Assembly: GCA_026645735.1 (NCBI GenBank)
Contig: JAPKMT010000009.1
Span: forward strand, 2,662-66,661
Reading direction: 5' to 3'
Source: Flexilinea sp.
GTDB lineage: Bacteria; Chloroflexota; Anaerolineae; Anaerolineales; Anaerolineaceae
DNA length: 64,000 bases
Shown here: positions 9,298 to 20,600 of the stretch, one piece after another
Layout of the letters: the number at the start of each line of letters is the position of its first letter
Position numbering within the stretch: position 1 is the first letter of the stretch
Notes under the pieces: model-generated
Databases searched by the model: none
What the model was told of the DNA's origin: nothing
What the model saw: the letters and a program-made list of their open reading frames with translations, nothing else
Made by a program: the position numbers and the translations under genes

Positions 9298-9395
9298 TGT
9301 CATTGCGAGCTCTGGTGGGGCTTGACAATCTCCCTGCTCCATTGCGTTAAGATTTCCACACGAAAAGAGATTGCTTCTCTATGATCGCAAAGACA
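9298..9395. repeat. Degenerate REP-like nested palindrome
   Basis: TGTCATTGCGA pairs with TCGCAAAGACA (1 mismatch); inner CAATCTC pairs with GAGATTG. Confidence 0.6.
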
Positions 9396-9531
9396 AATTG
9401 CTATGTGAGTACTCCTGAGTATCCTGGTTGAGATATTCTTGAAAGCCGCAGTGTAAAAGATATATTCCCATTAAACAAAAAAACGGGAAAAAAGCCGAAA
9501 CTTAATCCCTGAAAAATGCCTTCTCCCGATT

Positions 9532-10218
9532 TCATAATAAAACCGGTTGTCCAACCTGTAATACTATTGGTTGAACTGCTGTTTTCTCTTTTACTGCTTT
9601 TTCCCAGCTTTGAATATCGACTGCAATTCGATCCCAGGTATTATAGTGCATCGGGATGACGATTCCAGGTTTGATCAGGTTGACAGCTCGGATGGATTCT
9701 GAAGGTCCCATGGTGTAAATATCCCCGACCGGCAGGATTGCCGCATCAATTCCTTCTTCACCGATCAATGCCATGTCGCCAAATAATCCGGTGTCACCGG
9801 CAAAATAGATTTTACGCCCGTCTTTTGCAGTCAGCACAAATCCCAGCGCCACCCCTCCATAACCGGCGTCCGGCAAAGCCGAACCATGCACGGCGTTGAC
9901 CGCCTTCATGCTGCCAAAGGGCAGTTGTCTCGTTCCGCTGTGATACAGCGGAAGTGTTTTCTCCACACCATTTGCGGACAACCACTTGCAAATCTCCGTA
10001 TTGCTGATTACTTCCGCGTGGCAGCGCCGGGCAATTTTTATCGTATCCCCGACATGATCCCCATGTCCATGACTGAGCAGTATGACATCAGGACATACCT
10101 CGGATTCTGTTATCAGTGCGGCAGGATTGTCACTCAGAAATGGATCTGTCAATACACGATATCCATCAAAGTCGAATAGAAAAGCAGAATGTCCAAGCCA
10201 GGTAATTTGAATCTTCAT
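9532..10218 (-). CDS. MBL-fold metal-dependent hydrolase (UPF0173-like)
   Basis: ITWLGHS, LTDPF, SHGHGDH, VHGS, FAGDT, PMHYNT. Confidence 0.9.
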   Translation of the reverse strand: MKIQITWLGHSAFLFDFDGYRVLTDPFLSDNPAALITESEVCPDVILLSHGHGDHVGDTIKIARRCHAEVISNTEICKWLSANGVEKTLPLYHSGTRQLPFGSMKAVNAVHGSALPDAGYGGVALGFVLTAKDGRKIYFAGDTGLFGDMALIGEEGIDAAILPVGDIYTMGPSESIRAVNLIKPGIVIPMHYNTWDRIAVDIQSWEKAVKEKTAVQPIVLQVGQPVLL

Positions 10219-10225
10219 GGCTTTC

Positions 10226-11221
10226 TCACAAGTAAACCACTTTGCCATTGGAAGCAGATTCATATGCTGCCTGAATAACTTCCACTGCGCGCAATCCATC
10301 CTCACCGCTGATGGACGCCTGCCTTTTTTCACGGATCGAGTCGGCGAATTCATTGATCATGCCCTGGTTGGAATCAGAACTCCAGTCGACCAGCGATAAT
10401 CCTTTCAAATCATGACGGTACAATGACAAATTTTGTTTGAAAGCATCGACCTGAATCGCTCCCCGATCTGTGATTACTTCAAACGACAGACCACCCCAAA
10501 TCGGATAATAATCGGGACGGGACCAGGAACAGTCGATACTGGCAAAGACGCCATTTCTAAATTTCAGCATGGCCATACCACCGGTTTCCACATCTACTTC
10601 GCCATGATGAAAAACCTGGTTCGATTGAGCAAAGACTGATTCCACTTCAGAACGGGTGATCCAACGGAATAAATCTGTCAGATGAACCAGATGATCCTGC
10701 AACGAACCTCCGCCTGCCAATTCTTTGTCCACAAACCATTTGCGATACATTGCCGGCATACGTCCTTCATTGGAGGATTGAAAACAATAAATTTTCCCGT
10801 AATTTCCAAGCTGCAATTGTCTTTTGACTTCCATAACCGGCGCCGAAAACCGGACTGGGAAAGCAGTCATGAGGTTGACATGGCTTTCAGCTGCCAGTGT
10901 TGTAATACTCCGGGCATCCTTCAGTGTTGTGGCCAGCGGTTTTTCACAGCAGATATTTCGAATTCCGGCATCAATCGCCATTTCCACCATAGGCAGATGT
11001 GCATTATTTTCAGAGCATATCACGACACCATCCGGTTTCTCAGCAAAAAATTTTTCAAAATCGGTTGTGGCTGCAATCTGAAATTGTCTGCCAAATTTCT
11101 CAACTCTTGATTCATCCGGGTCGACAAACCCGATCATTTCAGCGTCGGGAATTGCTTTAATATTCTGCACATAAGCCTCTGCATGCAGATGAGCAAAACT
11201 CATAATTCCAATTTTCATCAC
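10226..11221 (-). CDS. Gfo/Idh/MocA family oxidoreductase
   Basis: CEKPLA motif, GGGSLQDHLVH. Confidence 0.9.
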   Translation of the reverse strand: MMKIGIMSFAHLHAEAYVQNIKAIPDAEMIGFVDPDESRVEKFGRQFQIAATTDFEKFFAEKPDGVVICSENNAHLPMVEMAIDAGIRNICCEKPLATTLKDARSITTLAAESHVNLMTAFPVRFSAPVMEVKRQLQLGNYGKIYCFQSSNEGRMPAMYRKWFVDKELAGGGSLQDHLVHLTDLFRWITRSEVESVFAQSNQVFHHGEVDVETGGMAMLKFRNGVFASIDCSWSRPDYYPIWGGLSFEVITDRGAIQVDAFKQNLSLYRHDLKGLSLVDWSSDSNQGMINEFADSIREKRQASISGEDGLRAVEVIQAAYESASNGKVVYL

Positions 11222-12222
11222 GCAATACCTCCTTCCATCGGATGGATCATCACTGGCTCGCCGTTTTCAGCAGATTTCCTTGCTGCTGCGGCAATCTGAA
11301 CCGCCTTCAGTCCGTCAACCGAAGTAACGCGTGATTCTTTGTGATTTTGAATGGCATCATAGAATTCCTTAATTTCTGTTGTATAAGGACTCTCCAAGAG
11401 ATGAGATCCGACCAATCCGACATCCGGGGAATCCTGATCCGTCCGAATCAAAACGTGTACCGGATCGGTTTCAGCAGAATCCCAATGGATGTTACCCCGG
11501 TCACAATTGATATCAAATCCGGTCTGAAAATTCGGCGGAGGATACGCCCATCCTCCCGTGATATGCGTCAGTGTTCCGTTTTCATGTGTCAGAATTATTA
11601 ATGCATAATCAATCGGGGCTTCCTGATCCATGGAACTCACCTTTTTTGAAAAGACGGTTTTTACGTCACCTGCAATCCAGCGGGCATAATCGAAATCATG
11701 GACGGAAAGATCCAGAAGCAATCCTCCCGATTTTTGCTCATCCAGAAACCAGTTCCCAACTGGTTTTTTCGGGCGATAATTACAGCGCCGCAGATGGATT
11801 GTCCCCGGGCGCCCGATTTGCCCGCTTTCAACAATCTTCTTGGCTTTTGCATATTCCGGGAAGAATCGCACAACATGAGCCACAAATAATCGGACTCCTG
11901 TTTGACGGCAAACCTGAACCATCTCGGTGGCAGATTCTACATCAAGAGCCAATGGTTTTTCACAGATGATATCTTTCCCGGCTTCGGCCGCTTTTCTTAC
12001 CTGGGAAGCATGCAGAAATGTTGGCGTGCATAAATCAATTACGTCCACTTCGGGAAGCATCTCTTCCACTGATGTGTATATTTTCGAATGATATTTTTTA
12101 GCCAGTTGTGCAGCCTCAGCAGTGGTCTCTGCACAAAAACCGCTGATGTGAGCCGGTGTCTGCGACCATCCGGCAGCATGGGTTACACCCATGAAACCAG
12201 TCCCTACGATACCCACTTTCAT
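11218..12222 (-). CDS. Gfo/Idh/MocA family oxidoreductase
   Basis: VGIVGTGFMG Rossmann motif, CEKPLA, GGLLLDLSVHDFD; RBS-supported ATG at 12222. Confidence 0.9.
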   Translation of the reverse strand: MKVGIVGTGFMGVTHAAGWSQTPAHISGFCAETTAEAAQLAKKYHSKIYTSVEEMLPEVDVIDLCTPTFLHASQVRKAAEAGKDIICEKPLALDVESATEMVQVCRQTGVRLFVAHVVRFFPEYAKAKKIVESGQIGRPGTIHLRRCNYRPKKPVGNWFLDEQKSGGLLLDLSVHDFDYARWIAGDVKTVFSKKVSSMDQEAPIDYALIILTHENGTLTHITGGWAYPPPNFQTGFDINCDRGNIHWDSAETDPVHVLIRTDQDSPDVGLVGSHLLESPYTTEIKEFYDAIQNHKESRVTSVDGLKAVQIAAAARKSAENGEPVMIHPMEGGIA

Positions 12223-12236
12223 AAATGATGCTCCTT

Positions 12237-13115
12237 TCACTTCAATGCGCCAGATGTAATCGACTTGATCATCTGCTTTGAGAAAATCAAATAAAAAATC
12301 AGAATCGGTACCATAGACATCGTCATGGATGCAAGTACGGCATTCCAATCAGTCATGTATTGTCCAAGAAATTGCTGAGATCCCAGAGTAACCGTTGCAG
12401 TTTCAAAACTGGGAGCCAATATTAATGGCCACCACAGATCATTCCAAATCGGTATCATCGTAAAAATACCGATCGCGCCTAAAGCCGGTCTGATTAACGG
12501 CAGAATCAATCCATATATACGGTATTCCGATGCACCATCCACGCGTGCCGCATGAATCAATTCCTGAGGAACCTGCCGCATGAAAGACGACACAATGAAA
12601 ATGGTCATCGGCAGGGATTGAGCAACATAAACAATAATTAACGCAGCCAGCGTATTGGTCAGATGAAGATTCACCATCAGTCTTAAAATTCCGACGGTAG
12701 CCAACCGGATGGGGATCATGATGCCGATTGAAAAAACCAGATTCAGGATAGTTACACCTTTAAATTTATATTGCGCCAAAGCAAACGAAGCCATTGTGCC
12801 GATCAATAATGTCAGCAACAATGCGATAACAGTCACAAAAATACTGTTGAAGAAATAGGTTCCAAAATGAGCCCGCTGATTAACATTCTGAAATCCAATC
12901 AGGCTGAAAGTCTCCGCAGAAGGTACGTTGAAGGGAAGTTTAAAAATTGCTTTTCTTTCTTTAAATGCGTTCATTAAGATTAGATAAATCGGGAAAAGGG
13001 CAATCACACTCCAGAAGATCAGAATCAGAATTGGAATCATCTCTCCGAACCAATTCCGGATTCGATAACTGAACGGGGATTGCATACTTTTTTGTAGAAC
13101 GGTTGAATCTACCAT
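12237..13115 (-). CDS. Carbohydrate ABC transporter permease
   Basis: ELIHAARVDGAS EAA loop, WNDLWWPLI. Confidence 0.93.
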   Translation of the reverse strand: MVDSTVLQKSMQSPFSYRIRNWFGEMIPILILIFWSVIALFPIYLILMNAFKERKAIFKLPFNVPSAETFSLIGFQNVNQRAHFGTYFFNSIFVTVIALLLTLLIGTMASFALAQYKFKGVTILNLVFSIGIMIPIRLATVGILRLMVNLHLTNTLAALIIVYVAQSLPMTIFIVSSFMRQVPQELIHAARVDGASEYRIYGLILPLIRPALGAIGIFTMIPIWNDLWWPLILAPSFETATVTLGSQQFLGQYMTDWNAVLASMTMSMVPILIFYLIFSKQMIKSITSGALK

Positions 13116-13253
13116 TAAATTCCTCCAAAATTTCGATCAATTCCGTATGATATAAATTGCTGACAACAGCATGGAAGCAAATAATCCGATGGTTAGAAAT
13201 ATCGTGAGTTTTCTCGATTGGATCGAGAGCCAAGTTGACATCTCGATTTGTTG

Positions 13254-14186
13254 TTAATACTCATAAACTGTTGTGCGTTTCTGCCAGATCATATAAACGA
13301 TGACACCGATTAAAATGATAAAAAACTGCATCGTGGCGATTGTTGCTCCCAATGTAGGATTGGGCATTTGCTGTTGCTGCCCAAAAAAGGTTCGGTAAAA
13401 AAGCGTTCCCATAATATCTGTCGAAAAATTTGGACCGGCCAATGCTCCCTGCAAGGTATAAATCAGATCAAAAGCGTTGAAATTACCGACAAAAGTCATC
13501 ATGGTCACCAAACCGACCGTAGGGATAATCAAAGGAAATTTTATCTTCCAAAAAATCAGCCAGGGATTTGCACCGTCTACACGCGCAGCTTCCAGCAATT
13601 CATCCGGAATTGCAATTAAGGCGGTATAAAAAAGTATCATCGGTGTTCCAATATACTGCCAGACAGAGATCAGAGAACAGGTAATTAGTGCAGACTCTTC
13701 CAGACCAAGCCACGGCTGGAACAACCCTCCCAGGCTGAACAGGTTCAGGATCGTTTTCGAAACTCCCCATACAGGACTCAGGATTAACTTCCACACAAAA
13801 CCGACCAGCACGAATGAGAGAATCGTTGGAATAAACAAAACTGTCCGAAAGAATGTCCGAATTTTTCCACCTTTGCATAAGATCGCTGCCAGGAGCAAGC
13901 CGATTGGATTTTGAACCACCATATGAATCACAAAAAAGATCACATTATGTTTCAGCGCTGACCAGAAAATCGGAGAATAGTAATAATCTGTGAAAAGGTA
14001 TCGATAGTTACTCAAACCGGTAAAAATCGTCTCCCTTGCATTTTCCGGATGTTCCGTGAATAAGCTCAGTGATAATGAATCTAAAAGTGGAATGACCATC
14101 ACAATAATATAAACAACCAATGCCGGAGCAAGAAAAACGACAATGTGCCAGGGAAAGGGTTTCCGGTTTTTTCTGTATGCGACCAT
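13254..14186 (-). CDS. Carbohydrate ABC transporter permease
   Basis: IPDELLEAARVDGA EAA loop, TM helices. Confidence 0.93.
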   Translation of the reverse strand: MVAYRKNRKPFPWHIVVFLAPALVVYIIVMVIPLLDSLSLSLFTEHPENARETIFTGLSNYRYLFTDYYYSPIFWSALKHNVIFFVIHMVVQNPIGLLLAAILCKGGKIRTFFRTVLFIPTILSFVLVGFVWKLILSPVWGVSKTILNLFSLGGLFQPWLGLEESALITCSLISVWQYIGTPMILFYTALIAIPDELLEAARVDGANPWLIFWKIKFPLIIPTVGLVTMMTFVGNFNAFDLIYTLQGALAGPNFSTDIMGTLFYRTFFGQQQQMPNPTLGATIATMQFFIILIGVIVYMIWQKRTTVYEY

Positions 14187-14506
14187 CCGTTATTCTCCTT
14201 TTATATACAAATTTTGATAAAAAAACCTGATAATAACAGAATAAGATATTAAAATTAAAATTTAAATTCAAATAGAAAACGATAATTAATTCCTGAGCAC
14301 TTCATTGTAAATCAGAGAATTATTAAATTCATTCCCTTTATTCTATATTTGGTTGAGTTTTGAAAAAAAGAAAATTTTGAAAGATTTTTTTCCGAAGAAC
14401 ACAAACGTCTTATCCTCCAAACTATTCTATCTCACAAAAGAATTCATTCCAAACGAAGTCTTGTTGTTCTTCTTATTATAAAAAGAATTCAAATTTTCTG
14501 AATAAC

Positions 14507-14629
14507 CAGTAATTTAAAATTCGGAAAGGCTTTTATAAAAAGAGGGAAAGTTTGTTATGGATGTGTTTTTCCTGAGAGGTTAAAAACACATCCATAACAA
14601 ATAATCTTCTCAATTTTCGAAGGATTCGC
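14507..14629 (+). mobile_element. 123-bp MITE copy
   Basis: CAGTAATT left end, perfect 20-bp arms 14551-14570/14582-14601, flanks CTGAATAAC/CTGCATTTC match 6/9. Confidence 0.75.
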
Positions 14630-14741
14630 CTGCATTTCGAATTGCTCATTACTAACCGATATGTGGATCGCTGAAATGACGAATTTCAATAAAGTCATGA
14701 ATTCTTTAAACGACAGTAGAATGGCTACCATCAGATTTTCA

Positions 14742-14774
14742 GAAAAGGGGAGGCTGTATAGCCTCCCCTTTTTC
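14742..14774 (-). terminator. Terminator/stem-loop after solute-binding protein gene
   Basis: GAAAAGGGGAGGCT-GTAT-AGCCTCCCCTTTT hairpin. Confidence 0.8.
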
Positions 14775-14804
14775 AATCCTGATAAAGCGGAATGATCCGT
14801 TTTT

Positions 14805-16070
14805 TTATTTTACAGGTGGATACCATTTATCCAATGCGTCCTGGACATATTTGGCGGCATCAGCCGGGGTCATCGTTCCATTGATGACATTTGCAGAAGT
14901 ATTCCATAAATCGGTATCCATACCCGGTTCACCACGACCAATGATGGACGCAGAAATTCGGATGCTGGATCCGCAATCTTTTCTCCAGGAAAGGAATTCC
15001 TGAGCTACCGGATTATCTACTGAATACTCGATATTTGCCAGCGGGAAGAAACCAACCATATTGTTCGCATACAATGAGGCAAATTCAGCCGAGGCAACCC
15101 AATCCAGGAATATTCTGGCTGCCTCCGGGTATTTGGTGGCAGAATTCATGCCAATACCAATATCGGTATGGTCGCTGATAAAGCATGCATCATCTGCTTT
15201 GTCCATCGGAACCCGGAAAGCACCCATTTCGAACTCGCCGGCGATCAGCGGTTCAAAAACTGAAATTTCCCAGGAACCAGTGGGATAGATTGCAGCCTGA
15301 CCCATGGTAAATAACTGCTGTGCGTCTGAATACTGAACAGCCTGATAACCATCGGGCAGATATGGAGCCCATTTGGCCAGTTCTTCAAAGGTCTTAACAA
15401 AAGGTTCATCTATGAATTTCGCAGTTCCATTGATGATGCCGAGACGGCCTTCTTCACCTTTATAGTTCTGGACACCGATGTTATACCAGCCCATCGTTGC
15501 TGCTTCCCATAAATCATGTGTTCCCATGGCCAGCGGAATGTATTCACCATCCGCTTTGATGGCATCTAATAATGCGAAGAACTCATCCTTGGTTACCGGG
15601 ACTTTCCAGCCCTTTTCCTCAAAAGCGGTCTTGTTATACATAAAACCATGAATCACGGAAGCCATCGGGACACAATAAGTTGTGGTTCCATCATCCGTAG
15701 TCCAGGCAACTTTCGCTGAATCACCGAAGGATGCCATTCCAGGCAGATCATTCAACGGTGCAAGAAAACCTTTTTCAAATAAAGCCAGAGAGGGATCGAA
15801 TGGACGGCAGGTAATGATGTCGCCCGCTGTACCACCTTCCAGTTTTGTGTTCAATTGGCCGTTATAATCTTCCTGTTTGGTCGGCTGGAAGATCACTTCA
15901 ATTTCGGGATGAACTGCTTTAAATGCAGGTAAAATTTTCTCATTCCAAATCGTGATATCATCCTGACGCCAGCTTTCAATAATCAGTTTTGCACCCGCTT
16001 CCTGAGCAGCAACAGGGACAACCAGAAGCATCAGCATAACCAATGCGACAAAAATAAAAAACTTCTTCAT
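14805..16070 (-). CDS. Sugar ABC transporter solute-binding protein
   Basis: Signal peptide, family-1 SBP features (GQAAIYPTGSWEI), upstream of two permeases. Confidence 0.9.
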   Translation of the reverse strand: MKKFFIFVALVMLMLLVVPVAAQEAGAKLIIESWRQDDITIWNEKILPAFKAVHPEIEVIFQPTKQEDYNGQLNTKLEGGTAGDIITCRPFDPSLALFEKGFLAPLNDLPGMASFGDSAKVAWTTDDGTTTYCVPMASVIHGFMYNKTAFEEKGWKVPVTKDEFFALLDAIKADGEYIPLAMGTHDLWEAATMGWYNIGVQNYKGEEGRLGIINGTAKFIDEPFVKTFEELAKWAPYLPDGYQAVQYSDAQQLFTMGQAAIYPTGSWEISVFEPLIAGEFEMGAFRVPMDKADDACFISDHTDIGIGMNSATKYPEAARIFLDWVASAEFASLYANNMVGFFPLANIEYSVDNPVAQEFLSWRKDCGSSIRISASIIGRGEPGMDTDLWNTSANVINGTMTPADAAKYVQDALDKWYPPVK

Positions 16071-16360
16071 TTTATCTCCTAAATTGTTTCCACAATGATT
16101 AGTACCCCGATAAAACGGGTTTTTTAAGAAAGACTATTTTAATTCTAATCCGCAAAACCAATAGAGAGAAATAAAATCAATCACGAATTCGATTATGACA
16201 AAAGTCATATCTGCTATGAATTATTTTAAATTTTGTAAGATGATTCAATTCAATTGGTAAGTATAAGAAATTCATTATTAAGAAAAAAGACATTTTTCCA
16301 GTAATTTTCCTGTAAGGGGTTTTCCTGGTTTGTTTGTACCCTGCTTTTCCCAAAATTTGT

Positions 16361-16397
16361 AAAAAAAAAGAGGCGGATAAGGATTCCGCCCCTGTTT
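16361..16397 (-). terminator. Intrinsic terminator after pfkA
   Basis: GGGGCGGAAT...ATCCGCCTC followed by T-run on - strand. Confidence 0.75.
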
Positions 16398-17392
16398 TAT
16401 CGAGAAAGGATATTTGAAATCTTTAAGTATTCTTCAGGGAATCCGCGATGTTTTCCCACCAATTCCGGGATTGGAAGCGGCACAATATCCCGACCTTGCA
16501 GCGCTGTCATCACATTAATTTTTCCGGACGTCAAAAATTCAATTGCTTTAAAACCCATCCGTGATGCAATTAACCGATCAAAAGCGGTGGGTGTTCCTCC
16601 TCGTTGAATATAACTTAAATTCGTTCCACGTGCTTTAAACCCTAAATCCATGGCGTCCAATTGTACAGTCAGTTCATCCATTGGGATTGGGAATCCTTCG
16701 GCTACAACAATAATACAATGCCGTCTGCCGCGTTTATAAGAATTGGCAATCGTCTGTGCAATTTCCTCCACAGTGATGTCCGGGTTTTCTGGAATCAATG
16801 CCATTTCAGCCCCTGAAATCAGAGCCGATTCAACAGCCAGAAATCCGCTCTCTCTCCCCATGGTCTGGACCAGAAATGCACGGCTGTGTGATGCTGCCGT
16901 ATCCCTGATTTTATCAATCGCTTCCATGATGGTGTTCAATGCGGTATCCACTCCGATACATGTATCGGTTCCATAAACATCATTATCGATTGTCCCTGGA
17001 ATCCCAACAACTGGGAAACCTTGCGTTGCGATCGATTGAGCTCCTGCCATCGTACCATCTCCGCCAATCACAATCAGGCCATCAATCCCCTCGTGATATA
17101 GTTGACGGACTGCCTCTCGCTGCCCATGCGGTGTTGTCATCTCTGCACAGCGGGCAGTACGTAAAAAAGTTCCCCCGCGGCTGAGAATATTGCTGACATC
17201 CCGTCTTCCTAATGGTACAATATCGCCGTTAATCAATCCCTGATATCCATCCTGGATACCATACATTTTTAGTCCGGCAACAATCCCTGCCCGTACAACA
17301 GCACGAACACCGGCATTCATTCCTGGTGCATCACCACCGGATGTCAATACCGCGACTGATCGAATAGGCGTATCCAGTTGTACAGATTCCAT
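16397..17392 (-). CDS. pfkA: ATP-dependent 6-phosphofructokinase
   Basis: TSGGDAPGMN, GGDGT, PGTIDND (Gly at the positions typical of ATP-type), MGR, QRGG. Confidence 0.95.
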   Translation of the reverse strand: MESVQLDTPIRSVAVLTSGGDAPGMNAGVRAVVRAGIVAGLKMYGIQDGYQGLINGDIVPLGRRDVSNILSRGGTFLRTARCAEMTTPHGQREAVRQLYHEGIDGLIVIGGDGTMAGAQSIATQGFPVVGIPGTIDNDVYGTDTCIGVDTALNTIMEAIDKIRDTAASHSRAFLVQTMGRESGFLAVESALISGAEMALIPENPDITVEEIAQTIANSYKRGRRHCIIVVAEGFPIPMDELTVQLDAMDLGFKARGTNLSYIQRGGTPTAFDRLIASRMGFKAIEFLTSGKINVMTALQGRDIVPLPIPELVGKHRGFPEEYLKISNILSR

Positions 17393-17461
17393 AGCTCATT
17401 CCCTTTCATTACCGCAACCCAAAAGAATCGACAAATTATTAAATTATATTCAATTTTATAT

Positions 17462-17582
17462 CAGTATTTCGAAATTATGGGAGTTTTTTTGCAGGACTTT
17501 TTTGTTTGCACAAAACAAAAAATTGAAGATTTGCAATTTTCCTCGATTATCTTGATAGTTCAGCGCAAATTTCAAATTGCAG
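17462..17582 (-). mobile_element. Decayed MITE copy
   Basis: CAGTATTTCGAAAT left end, AAATTTCAAATTGCAG right end, residual T-rich/A-rich hairpin; no TSD match. Confidence 0.55.
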
Positions 17583-17623
17583 CAAGGCGAAACGAGGCTG
17601 CAGGATTGATCACATTTCCGAGC

Positions 17624-20600
17624 TTAATCCTCGATTTGAATGTTTTTCTCACCAATTTCTTTACGGATTTTCGATAACAATTCTTCACAAATATTCGTCA
17701 TAGTGTCCGGAAATTCCACCAGGTTTGTTTTTCCGCCTTCTTTAATCAGGAAAGCAAATTGGTCGCGTCCCGGATAAGAAGTTATCAAGCCGTGGACTCG
17801 TTTCATCTTTCGGATAATCGATTCAATCGGATTGTCCGGTTCTCTTTTAATAATAATGGTCAACAGTTTTGGTTTCTTTTTCGGTTTGTCCGGAAAAATC
17901 AGATCATCTTCATCTTCCTCAATTTCCGGGTATTCTGATGGATGAGGCTGAATTTCATGTGTATCGGATGTTTTTTGATCATCTGTCGAAATCGGCTGCA
18001 TTGTATTGCTGGATTCTTCAACGTTCGCTTCTTCATCGTGGCTGCGAAAATTTTCCAATCCATCATGATCATTCACCCATATCTCCGATTTTGTGGAAGA
18101 TAAACCGACTTCTGATGGACTGACATCCTGTGTCTTCATCGCTGTTTCGTTTTTTTGGATTGAATCTGAATGGTCAGTGTTTTCCAATCCATTCAGATCA
18201 ATGATCGGACCTTCTGTCCAAGTGTCACCCGTACCAGGTTCTTCCAAAATTTGATTCCAGGGAACTTCAGGTTCTTCAGGAATATCATCGATTTCCTTTG
18301 CAGAACCGTTCTGATAGATGCCGGGAGAAGGGAGATTCTCAGTTTCTACAGGATCATTTGTATTGAATTGTTCGTCAACTTCATTGGTAAATGAATCTGC
18401 AAATTCCGCAACTGCCTGCGGTATTTCGCCTACCATCAGAGATTGAGCAGATGAACCGACGATTTGTATAGACATCCTGCTTTTATCCAGACGTCCTCCA
18501 ATGATTAAAACAGCATCTGTTTTTACAACATCCTGAACTTTTTCCCATTGTTTCGGATAGAAAAGAACATCTGTCAAATCACCATGGATATCTTCCAATT
18601 TGACGGAACACATCGTTCGACTATCTTTTTTGGTCAGCATTATACGCATGCTCTGGACCATCCCGCCAATTGAGACCTGCATACCCTGGTCCAAAGGATC
18701 CAGTTGTTGGTGAGTTAATGCTTTTCGTCGTTTTAATACGGACAGATGAGCGTTTAATGGGTGATCAGAAACATACAAGCCCATCAATTCCCTCTCCCAA
18801 CTCAATTTTTCATGGCTTTCTATCGGAGGTGTTTCAACAAGCTCAATGTGACAGGTTGGAATGGACATCATTTCAAACAAGTTGATCTGGCCGGAATCTT
18901 TTGATCGGATATTCGCTGTACAGGTATTGATAATCGCGTCCAGGCTTGCCAATAAAGATCCACGTTCTCCGAACTGATCCATCGCTCCTACTTTAACCAG
19001 GCATTCCAATGCTCTGCGTCCAACCATCCTTAAGTCCATTCGTTCTGCAAAATCATCCAGATTCTGAAAAGGACCGTTCTTTTCCCGTTCTTCAATAATC
19101 GCCTCAACTGCATTCTGCCCAACATTTTTTACGGCGCCCATACCAAACCGAATTCGGCTTTTTCCGTCCGGGTCATCTTCGACAGAAAATCCCCAAAAAC
19201 TCGAGTTGATTTGAGGGGGAAGAACATCAACACCGTGCGTTTTGCACTCATTGATATAAAAAGCGATTTTTGCTGAATCACTGAGGTTGGCATCCAACGA
19301 TGCCGTCATGTATTCGATGAAATAATGAGTCTTTAAAAATCCGGTTTGAACGGCCAGAACGCCATAATCGGCAGCATGGCTTTTGTTAAATCCATAATTG
19401 GCAAATTGTTCCCAATCACTGAAGATATCGACGGCTGTTTTCTCTTCAATACCATTTTTTATACAGCCGTCAATGAATTTTTTCCGGTGCAGTTCAATAT
19501 CTTTTTTCTTCTTTTTTGAGATGGCTTTTCTCAGACTGTCAGATTCTGCCGCAGTGTATCCGGCAAGATCCATTGCAGCAAACATAATCTGTTCCTGATA
19601 AACCGGAATTCCAAATGTATCCGAAAAGATGGGTTTCAACCGTTCATGCCGATATTCCGGCTCTTTCTTCCCATGCAGGCAGGCGATATAATCCGGAATA
19701 AATTGCATCGGACCCGGACGATACAACGCCACCATCGCGATAATGTTATCCAGATTCCGCGGTTTCATTTCCATCACATACCGCGTCATCCCTCCGCCTT
19801 CCAGTTGGAAAATTCCTGCAGTATGACCGGCACTGATATAAGCAAATGTTTCCGGGTCATCCGTCGGAATGTTGGAAAGCGTGAAGTGAATGCCATGCCG
19901 TTTTTCAATCATCTGGCAGCATTTCTGCATCACGGTCAACGTTGCCAGTCCCAGGAAATCAATTTTCAACAACTTCATCGTATCGACAACATTCATTTCG
20001 AATTGAGATACAGATTTGATCGGATTGTCATCTGTCCCGTTTGTTGGTCGATGCAGCGGGGCATACTGAACAATCGGATAATCCGTAATGATGAGGCCGG
20101 CTGCATGCGTGCCGACACTTTTTGTGACACCTTCCATTTGTGAAGCGGTCGTCACCAGTTCTGTCAGAATTGGTTGTGCCTGAATCGCTTCGCGAAACTC
20201 CTGAACTTCTTCCAGACAGTTTTCTAACGTAATTGCTTTTCCGCTGAATGGCATTTTTGTTCCCGCCGGGATCAATTTACAAATACGATCCACTTCAGGA
20301 AGCGGAATATCCATCACACGGGCGACATCACGAACAGCACCTTTTGCGCCCAGAGTGTTAAATGTGATAATCTGGGCAACATGATCCGCACCGTACTTTT
20401 GTGAACAATATTCCAAGAGTTTAAATCGCTGATCATCCTGAATGTCCAAATCAATATCGGGCATCGAAATCCGCTCCGGATTTAGAAAACGCTCAAAAAT
20501 CAATTTAAATGACAAAGGCTCAACCGGAGTAATGTCCAGTGTATAAGCCACCATAGAACCAGCCCCTGAACCGCGGACGTTATACCAGATGTTGTTTTCT

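Noticed and set aside
13126-13253. Possible further MITE copy between the two sugar permeases
   Set aside because: Only the GTTTTCTCGAT long-arm segment resembles the consensus; ends, hairpin and TSD are too decayed to support by eye.
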